The position numbers and the translations under genes were made by a program. The notes beneath the pieces are model-generated. The model was not told where the DNA came from. It worked only from the letters and a program-made list of their open reading frames with translations, and did no database searches. A DNA stretch of 62,900 nt, filler included, from Octopus bimaculoides (taxonomy: Eukaryota): NCBI RefSeq assembly GCF_001194135.2. It is 2 parts of one record of this genome, joined end to end, with 100 filler letters (N's around TTAATTAATTAA, not from the genome) between each part and the next. Parts side by side here need not be neighbours in the genome. Positions count along the whole stretch, not along the records: positions 31,228 to 62,900 come from NC_068984.1; 1 more part is not named here. One strand, written 5' to 3'. Of the stretch, positions 53,741 to 62,900 are shown piece after piece (position 1 is the first letter of the stretch; each line of letters opens with the position of its first letter).

Positions 53741-54334
53741 CTATTACTTAAAAATAGATAGGTAAAGTTACCTTCTCGAGTTATTCCAACTCATAAGGGG
53801 TAGTTTTTCGTTTTTATGTCGTATATATTCCCCAACTGAATGGGACGTCGGTCTGTCGCAGGATTACTCATTTTTTTTCCGGCTGAGTGGACTGGAGCAA
53901 CGTGAAATGAAGTGTTTTCCGCAAGAACGCAACGCGCCGCCTGGTCCAGGAATCGAAACCACGATCTAACGTTCATGTGTCTATCACCTTAACCACTAAG
54001 CCGCGTGCCTCCACGATCTGTTACTAGTAACAAGCTCTATTAATATTCATTCTTCTCGAAGGCGACGAGCTGGCAAAAACGTTAGTACGTGGGCCGAAAT
54101 GCTTAGCGGTATTTCGTCTGTCTTTACGTTCTGAGTTCAAATTCCGCCGATGTCGACTTTGCCTTTCATCATTTCGAGGTCGATAAATTAAGTACCAGTT
54201 GCGTACTGGGGTCAATGTAGAATTTTAAAAAATATTGCAAAATTATGGTTAACATCCAGTCTACCATATTACAGACCGGATGTTGATCATAAACAGTTTC
54301 CTTTATTCGATCTTCCTTGAAATTACATTCTTTT

Positions 54335-54990
54335 TTCAGGCGTATGGTGAAGGAGTGCCGGATAGAATAAAATTAGCATTTTCCACACCTGCTTCTCTTT
54401 GCTTTCAATCAAGATTCCCAAAGTCATTTGTACTGTGTTATAACTGAAAGGACTGCACAGGAATAGTTTACACGCTGTAAGCCGGGTGTGTAAATTCGAT
54501 CACACAGACTCTCCACTTCCGGTCGACGTCTTCAGTACAATGGAGTTTGATTGAACAAACTCATCCACGAGTATCCGCCCCAAGCCATTAAGAAATTAGT
54601 CCAACAAATAGCATGCTCTCATAATACCGTTATCCGTCATCGCCACTCGATAGGTAGGGTCAAAATGATCCGATCAGCCACACGACATGCTTCAATAAGA
54701 CACCGTACCACTCGACCCCACATCCCTTATTTGACTAGAAGAGTTCGGTTGGGAAGTTCTACCGTATCCACAGTATTCTCTTGATATAGGGCCTTCACAT
54801 TATTAACTTTTTCGGACGCTTTCCAGCACTACGTGAGGCATTTTGTTTAACAACACGTAAAAGCTAAAGACACAACTCGATGAATTCTTCGAGTCATAAT
54901 CCAGAGATTTCTACCGTTGGCAAGAAGTAGTGAACAAGGAAGGAGAATACATTGTTGATTAATTTGTTAAAAATAAGAATTAAAATAAAT
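54335..54990 (+). mobile_element. Internally deleted mariner remnant
   Basis: Pieces AYGEG, LNKLIHEYP..IACSHNTVIRH, LEEFGWEVLPYPQYSLDIGPS and WQEVVNKEGEYIVD*, related to the 22719-24006 element. Confidence 0.75.
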
Positions 54991-56087
54991 GGAANNNNNN
55001 NNNNNNNNNNNNNNNNNNNNNNNNNNNNNNNNNNNNNNNNNNNNNNNNNNNNNNNNNNNNNNNNNNNNNNNNNNNNNNNNNNNNNNNNNNNNNNNNNNNN
55101 NNNNNNNNNNNNNNNNNNNNNNNNNNNNNNNNNNNNNNNNNNNNNNNNNNNNNNNNNNNNNNNNNNNNNNNNNNNNNNNNNNNNNNNNNNNNNNNNNNNN
55201 NNNNNNNNNNNNNNNNNNNNNNNNNNNNNNNNNNNNNNNNNNNNNNNNNNNNNNNNNNNNNNNNNNNNNNNNNNNNNNNNNNNNNNNNNNNNNNNNNNNN
55301 NNNNNNNNNNNNNNNNNNNNNNNNNNNNNNNNNNNNNNNNNNNNNNNNNNNNNNNNNNNNNNNNNNNNNNNNNNNNNNNNNNNNNNNNNNNNNNNNNNNN
55401 NNNNNNNNNNNNNNNNNNNNNNNNNNNNNNNNNNNNNNNNNNNNNNNNNNNNNNNNNNNNNNNNNNNNNNNNNNNNNNNNNNNNNNNNNNNNNNNNNNNN
55501 NNNNNNNNNNNNNNNNNNNNNNNNNNNNNNNNNNNNNNNNNNNNNNNNNNNNNNNNNNNNNNNNNNNNNNNNNNNNNNNNNNNNNNNNNNNNNNNNNNNN
55601 NNNNNNNNNNNNNNNNNNNNNNNNNNNNNNNNNNNNNNNNNNNNNNNNNNNNNNNNNNNTATATATACTATGTATATATATTATGTATATATATATATAC
55701 ATACATATATTATGTATAAATTTATTTCATTCATATTCATTCATATTCAAACATTCATATATACATACATACATATAATATATATGAATGTTTGAATGTA
55801 TGTATGAATGAAAGTAATGTATGTACGTACAAAAATGTATGTGAAAATGTATCCGTCGAACATCTGGTAACGTGCGATGTACAATTGATCTTCATAAGAA
55901 GGTTAGAAATATGAAAAGAGAGAAATCCTATCAGATAATGATAAATATAACAAACAAGCAAACAAGTCTCAGATATAGAAGAGTTGTGAGAAGTCATTGA
56001 AGACCATTAAAGCGAAATACACCAATACAATATTCACATGACTGATAATTATAATTCGTGTATGCAATTATAATCAATTACAATGAT

Positions 56088-56121
<34 letters not shown>

Positions 56122-57074
56122 GTGTAGTATATTGCCACTACACTTTATCGTGCAGTTACTGTTAATACTTCATTTAGAGAATTAACATTGCTTATATATA
56201 TATATATATATATACATGCNNNNNNNNNNNNNNNNNNNNNNNNNNNNNNNNNNNNNNNNNNNNNNNNNNNNNNNNNNNNNNNNNNNNNNNNNNNNNNNNN
56301 NNNNNNNNNNNNNNNNNNNNNNNNNNNNNNNNNNNNNNNNNNNNNNNNNNNNNNNNNNNNNNNNNNNNNNNNNNNNNNNNNNNNNNNNNNNNNNNNNNNN
56401 NNNNNNNNNNNNNNNNNNNNNNNNNNNNNNNNNNNNNNNNNNNNNNNNNNNNNNNNNNNNNNNNNNNNNNNNNNNNNNNNNNNNNNNNNNNNNNNNNNNN
56501 NNNNNNNNNNNNNNNNNNNNNNNNNNNNNNNNNNNNNNNNNNNNNNNNNNNNNNNNNNNNNNNNNNNNNNNNNNNNNNNNNNNNNNNNNNNNNNNNNNNN
56601 NNNNNNNNNNNNNNNNNNNNNNNNNNNNNNNNNNNNNNNNNNNNNNNNNNNNNNNNNNNNNNNNNNNNNNNNNNNNNNNNNNNNNNNNNNNNNNNNNNNN
56701 NNNNTATATATACATATATATATATATGGTTTGCATGTGGCCTAATTGTTAAGGTGTTGCACCCATGACCCTAAAGACCGGGCAGTGTGTTTTGTTCCAA
56801 GGCAAAGTACTTCATCTTATTTTCGTATGTGTCTGATGATACGTTCCTTTGTCCGATCAAGTTTCTCTTACACATGAGAAACTCAGAGTAGCGAGACAAT
56901 CAATAATCGACTTCGAATAAATAATATAATTGTTGACATATAATTGTTGGCCTGTATTTGTGTCAGTTTGTGTGTCTGTGTGTGTATCTGTATATCTGTG
57001 TGTGTGTGTTTGTGTGTGTGTGTGTATGTATGTGTGTGTGCGTGTGTTCGTCATCATCATCATTATCATAAACG

Positions 57075-57185
57075 TCTTCATCACCATCACCTTCACCATC
57101 GTCATTATCATCATCACCATCACCTTCACCATCGTCATTATCATCATCACCATCACCTTCACCATCGTCATTATCATCATCACCA
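57075..57185. repeat. 33-bp tandem repeat, 3 units
   Basis: caccatcaccttcaccatcgtcattatcatcat repeated three times. Confidence 0.9.
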
Positions 57186-58349
57186 ACATCAGCATCATCG
57201 TCCTCGTTAAAGACAACCATAGGACCAATAGGACATCCTACAAAGAACACTCTGGACAATGTTAATGCGTACGCGTGCGTGTGTTTGTGTGCGGGTACAT
57301 TTTATGTGACTATATATATGTATGTGTACGTTGTTTGTTTGTGTGTGTGTGTGTGTGTGTCTGTGTGTCTTGACTAATCGTTGTTCAAACTATATAAATC
57401 ATATTCAAGATATGTTACCTCTAGTTTCAATGGACATAAGCATTTACCGAGTTAAACACCAAGAAGTCTGCGATTAATCATCTTAGCAATCCAATAAATT
57501 GAAACGCCGGTAGTAATCATGTAACCCTGTTCAACATCATCTCTAAAGGAAACATCCATCATCTCGTCATTTCAAATATTCACTTTACAATAAATATTTT
57601 TAATTGTTAACCTATCATATATATATTCTAACTGAAATAACATAGATACCATATCGTTATATTTCGTATTAGATAAATCCTTTTAAAAACAAAAGAGCAC
57701 TGATACAAAATTTAAATAGATAGCCAAAGCTTTATCGATACCTTATTTTAAAGATTTAACCTCTCTTGTTATCCCTATCTTTTGGAGAAGTTGTATTTGT
57801 ATGTATCTATCTTTGTTTGTTTGTTAAATCTGTAGAGATTGCATCCTTTAGATTAGATTGAGACGGTCAGCTTCAATAAGTCCACACAACTATAACAGTT
57901 TTATCAATAAATCATTAAATTTCTTGTATAACGTCCAACAAGAATCTTGTTTCGGCGGTTTTATCACCAACCAACCTAAATTCTTCTATCGATTATGGAT
58001 TATATAATCTCGGCGATATCTAACACAACGAGCCTTTTAATAACCTATATATTATATCTAACAAGAATATCATTATCATTATCATCATTGTTATTATTAT
58101 CATTATTATTATTGTTGTTGTTGTTGTTGTTGTTGCTGTTGTTGTTACAATAATTATCATTATCGCCTTAATTGTAAAACTCATTAATTTTGTGTTTAGC
58201 GCCTGAGGGGAATTAAAAGAACCACGAAAGCCACACCACGTTGCGCTTGCATTTATCGTAGCTTAAGTCTAAATGAAGACCTCACAAACGCGCGCTTCAA
58301 ACGGTAGGTAACAATGACAGGTTGTATGATACAGAATTTTTCTAAAGTA

Positions 58350-58386
<37 letters not shown>

Positions 58387-59489
58387 TCATACATGAACAA
58401 CAATACACACAGAGACACTAACATAGTTTTATATCTATTTAACAGCGAACTGGAGGGCTTCAACGTTGAAAGATAAACGGTTAAAAGTTCACTATCGTTG
58501 CACCGACGCAAGACAATACATGTGATAATGGATGATTTTGCAGTGAGTATATTACTGACTAGGTCACATAGATGATCAATACTTATTTTTAGCATAGACA
58601 CAGGTGTATAGATTTTGGAGGCGATGAGAAGGTGCTGATGAGGAATTGCAGACGATCGTATGGAGTCCGATATTTTACAGGTTCCTCGAGATTTGAAGAA
58701 AGAACGTTAAAAACCTTAATTATGTACTGCAACATGATGAATTGATTACATCAACCCAATTATTTCTTATATTTAAATAAAACACCAGTATTTAACTGGT
58801 AAGTTCATTTTATCAACGATTCTGCCAGCTCCCTACCTACGATAATTCTTTTTAGTATAGATACAAGGTCTGAAATTTGGGGCGAAGAGGCTAGTCGATT
58901 ATCTCGACCCCAGTATTTGACTAGTATTTATATTATCGATACCAAAATGGTGAAAGGCAAAGTCGACATCAGCAGAATTTGAACATAGAAAGTAAAGAGC
59001 CGAATGTAACGCCTCTTAGCGCTTTTTTCCGACTCGCTAGCGATTCTGATAGCTCGCTGACTATAATAAAACTGGTACTTCGTCGCTTACGACAACGAGG
59101 ATTCCAGTTGATGCGATCTACGGAACAGCCTGCTCATGCAATTAACGTGCAAAGGGCTGAGCACGCCACAGACACACGTACCCTTAAGGGGATTCAGCGT
59201 GACACAGAATGGGACCAAGCTGGCCCTTTGAAATACAGGTACTACTCATTTTTGTCAGCTAAGTGAACCGGAACAACGCATACCCTCGGGGAGATTCAGT
59301 GTGACAGCTGAAGGACTGGAGCAACGCGAGACACCTTGTTTCGTGTTGCTCCAGTCCCTCAGCTTGAACTCATGGTCGTACGATCGTCAGCCAAATACTC
59401 TAGCTACGGAGCCACGTGCCTTCACTCACTGACCATAATAACATTTTCAAGAACCATCAACATTCTCAAGAAAAGCAGCAATAACAATA

Positions 59490-59914
59490 GCAATAATCCT
59501 TTGTACTAAACAAGGGTGGGGAAAACCCCACCCGCGGGCGCAATTGCTCCCGCAGGCTAGTATACATGTATGTGCAAAATACAATCAATTTTTCAATTAT
59601 AAAATGTATACAGTACTTGTATGCCTCTTTGCGACACAAGTCGCGTTTCCACTACAACTTAAAACAGTTAGACTCGAACAGAAAATCGTCCGGTAATTGC
59701 CAGCAATAATCCTTTCTATTAAGCAAGGGTGGGGAAACCCCCACCCGCGGGCGCAATTGCTCCCGCAGGCTAGTATACTTGTATGTGCAAAATATAGTCA
59801 ATTTTTCAATTATAAAATGTATACAGTACTTGTATGCCTCTTTGCAACATAAGTCGCGTTTCCACTACAACTTAAAACGGTTAGACTTGAACAGAAAATC
59901 GTCCGGTAATTGCC
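59490..59914 (+). repeat. 213-bp direct tandem duplication (2 units), each starting with a 64-bp unit that has Helitron-like ends
   Basis: A|TC at 59497 and 59710; hairpin cgggcgcaattgctcccg; CTAG|T ending at 59560 and 59773; units over 90% similar by eye. Confidence 0.8.
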
Positions 59915-60028
59915 ATTTGAATGGAAATTTATTTTCCACTTTTAAACACATATTGCTAGGTTTGTACCACCCTCTTGAGACCCAACTACACTCTAGCTGA
60001 AAAATATAGTAATATAAACGTCCTAAAT

Positions 60029-60193
60029 ATTTCGTCTCTTTTTATGTTCTGAGTTCAAATTCCGCTGAGGTCGACGTAGCTTTTCATCCTTTCGGAGGTC
60101 GATAAATTTAGTACCAGTTGTGTACTGGGGTCGTTCTAATCGACTGGCCCCGCCTCCTACCAAATTTCGGGCCTAGTACCTAGAGCAGAAAAG
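60029..60193 (+). mobile_element. 5'-truncated SINE family A copy with 18-bp TSD
   Basis: aatataaacgtcctaaat at 60011-60028 and 60194-60211. Confidence 0.85.
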
Positions 60194-60769
60194 AATATAA
60201 ACGTCCTAAATTCAGTGGCAGCGTTAATGATGTTACGCGTTAATTTAATGTGTTAAACTTACCTTTATTAATGTATATCGAATTATATATAGATGTATAT
60301 ATCTATGTACAAGATTTACACGGATATAAGTGTTAGATCTTGTGATCCGCCCGCGTACCTTTTTGCGGGGGGAAAATTTTTGCCCGCCGCACTAAAAAGT
60401 TTTCCCACCCCCTGCACTAAAGGCACAAGGCCTGAAATTTTAGGGAAGGGGACTAGTAAATTACATTGACCCCAGTGTTTCACTGGTACTTAACTTATCG
60501 ACCCCTAGAAGGATGAAAGGCAAAGTTGACTTCGGCGAAATATGAATTCAGAACGTAAAGACAACAACAACAACAATAATAATAACGGACTGACAAGAAA
60601 AATTTCTCCAAGAAATTGCTAATCAATTTAGAAATAACAGCCAAATTTCCCTCAAATCATAACAACTCTAGCTCCAAAAGACTGTCGAAACCTGACGTGA
60701 TAAGACCTAACCAGCTGTATTGTTTTTTGGGAATAGTAAACAGGTCAAAGGTTATGTTAACTGTCGTTG

Positions 60770-61068
60770 TTGTTTTTGTTGTTGATATGGTTGCTGTTGA
60801 CATTTGGTGATGTGGTGGCCGTAGTTGTAGAGGTGGTGGTGAAGGTGGTGTCGGTGGTGGTGGTAGTGGTAATGTTGAAGGTGGTGGTCGTCGTCGTCAT
60901 GGAGTGTCTCGTACGTGGTGATGTTGGTGGTGTTGTTATTGGAGTTTGTAGTAACAGTGGTAGTGATGAAAGTAGTTGTGAGAGTAGTGGTGGCTGTAGT
61001 GGTGGTGGTGGTGGTGGTGGTGGTGGTGGTGATAGTAGCAGTAGTGACGGTAGTAGTGGCAGTAGTAT

Positions 61069-61115
<47 letters not shown>

Positions 61116-62045
61116 ACAATGNNNNNNNNNNNNNNNNNNNNNNNNNNNNNNNNNNNNNNNNNNNNNNNNNNNNNNNNNNNNNNNNNNNNNNNNNNNNNNN
61201 NNNNNNNNNNNNNNNNNNNNNNNNNNNNNNNNNNNNNNNNNNNNNNNNNNNNNNNNNNNNNNNNNNNNNNNNNNNNNNNNNNNNNNNNNNNNNNNNNNNN
61301 NNNNNNNNNNNNNNNNNNNNNNNNNNNNNNNNNNNNNNNNNNNNNNNNNNNNNNNNNNNNNNNNNNNNNNNNNNNNNNNNNNNNNNNNNNNNNNNNNNNN
61401 NNNNNNNNNNNNNNNNNNNNNNNNNNNNNNNNNNNNNNNNNNNNNNNNNNNNNNNNNNNNNNNNNNNNNNNNNNNNNNNNNNNNNNNNNNNNNNNNNNNN
61501 NNNNNNNNNNNNNNNNNNNNNNNNNNNNNNNNNNNNNNNNNNNNNNNNNNNNNNNNNNNNNNNNNNNNNNNNNNNNNNNNNNNNNNNNNNNNNNNNNNNN
61601 NNNNNNNNNNNNNNNNNNNNNNNNNNNNNNNNNNNNNNNNNNNNNNNNNNNNNNNNNNNNNNNNNNNNNNNNNNNNNNNNNNNNNNNNNNNNNNNNNNNN
61701 NNNNNNNNNNNNNNNNNNNNNNNNNNNNNNNNNNNNNNNNNNNNNNNNNNNNNNNNNNNNNNNNNNNNNNNNNNNNNNNNNNNNNNNNNNNNNNNNNNNN
61801 NNNNNNNNNNNNNNNNNNNNNNNNNNNNNNNNNNNNNNNNNNNNNNNNNNNNNNNNNNNNNNNNNNNNNNNAGGTGGTGTCGGTGGTGGTGGTAGTGGTA
61901 ATGTTGAAGGTGGTGGTCGTCGTCGTCATGGAGTGTCTCGTACGTGGTGATGTTGGTGGTGTTGTTATTGGAGTTTGTAGTAACAGTGGTAGTGATGAAA
62001 GTAGTTGTGAGAGTAGTGGTGGCTGTAGTGGTGGTGGTGATGGTG
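60770..62045. repeat. (GGT/AGT/GTT) low-complexity tract spanning a gap, with an identical block of about 170 bp on both sides
   Basis: 60844-61010 equals 61871-62039. Confidence 0.85.
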
Positions 62046-62248
62046 AAGCCAACCTTAAAATCGAACTGATCGAGACCCGTTCCAACCATGACTGTCTCGT
62101 CTTTTTAACGATTACCTAGATTACTTTCTTGTGTTTTATCTTTTACTTGTTTCAGTCATTTGACTGCGGCCATCCTGGGGCACCGACTTGAAGCGTTCTT
62201 CATCGAACAAAATTTTGGGCCTAGTGCCTAGAGAAAAGATTATTATTA

Positions 62249-62702
62249 TGAGCTAAGGGGGCGAAGTGGCAGAAATGTTACCGCACCGGGCAAAATAGCT
62301 AGCGGCATTTCGCCCATCGCTACGTTCTGAGTTCAAGTTCTGTCGAGGTTGACTTTGCTTTTATCCTTTCGAGATCGATAAAATAAGTACCGGCTGAGTA
62401 CTGGAGTCGATGTATTCGACTCCTCCCCTCCCCAATGTTGATGGCCTTGTGCCAAAATTTGAAATCATCATTATTATTATGAGCTAAAGGCGGCTAACTG
62501 GCAGAAACGTTAGCACGCCGGGCGAAAACTTAGCGGTATTTCGTCTGCCGCTACGTTCTGAGTTTAAATTCCGCCGAGGTCGACTTTGCCTTTCATCCTT
62601 TCGGGGTCGATGAATTAAGTACCAGTTACGCACTGGGGTCGACATAATCAACTAGTCCCCTCCTCAAAAATCTGAGACTTTGTGCTTCCAGTAGAAAGTA
62701 TT

Positions 62703-62767
<65 letters not shown>

Positions 62768-62900
62768 GAGCTGATTACGGCGAACTAGAAGAACCGTTAA
62801 CACACCGGGCAAAATGATTAGCGACATTTAGTTCACTTTCACAGTCTGAGCTCCAATTCCACGAAGGTCGACTTTGCCTTTCATCTATTCTGGGTCGATA
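62249..62900 (+). mobile_element. Head-to-tail array of at least 3 SINE family A copies separated by (ATT)n
   Basis: Units start (att)n-tgagct at 62249, 62480 and 62767; a further tail remnant lies at about 62210-62248. Confidence 0.85.

Noticed and set aside
58630-58680. Hammerhead at ctgatgagga..tccgata
   Set aside because: GAAA is GATA, and stems I and III do not pair.
60844-62039. Biological duplication of about 170 bp around the gap
   Set aside because: The copies are identical and sit at contig ends; an overlap artefact is more likely.
60752-62119. Mucin-like or Thr/His-rich ORFs of 326-450 aa
   Set aside because: All frames are open only because of trinucleotide repeats and N runs; no splice or domain support.

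Overview
This is AT-rich, microsatellite-dense animal genomic DNA with many N gaps. The repeat families look like octopus (cephalopod) ones; that is an inference from recalled repeat families, not a database result. The only host gene I can support is the 3' part of a + strand SLC16/monocarboxylate-transporter (MCT) family gene. It has three spliced coding exons (10417-10560, 12295-13641, 17910-18058), all joined in phase 1; the TM1-2 exon(s) are not visible. The 563-aa ORF in the supplied track overruns the large exon at both ends, and most other listed ORFs are microsatellite or gap artefacts. The rest of the window is decayed mobile DNA: four tRNA-derived SINE families (about 50 copies), three Penelope-like GIY-YIG remnants, R4/Dong-like, CRE-like and RTE-like LINE remnants, a full-length dead mariner, a second deleted mariner, and hAT, Tc1 and foldback MITEs. 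The most interesting signals are: (1) an R4/Dong-like element whose four visible junctions all abut (CATA)n, suggesting microsatellite-targeted insertion; (2) a near-canonical minimal type I hammerhead ribozyme downstream of a Penelope-like element; (3) three 16-bp hairpins at an exact 39-bp period at a putative retroelement 3' end; (4) a mellifera-like mariner nested in a SINE; (5) a duplicated 64-bp unit with Helitron-like ends. An artificial 100-bp scaffold join at 31128-31227 means continuity across it is unverified.
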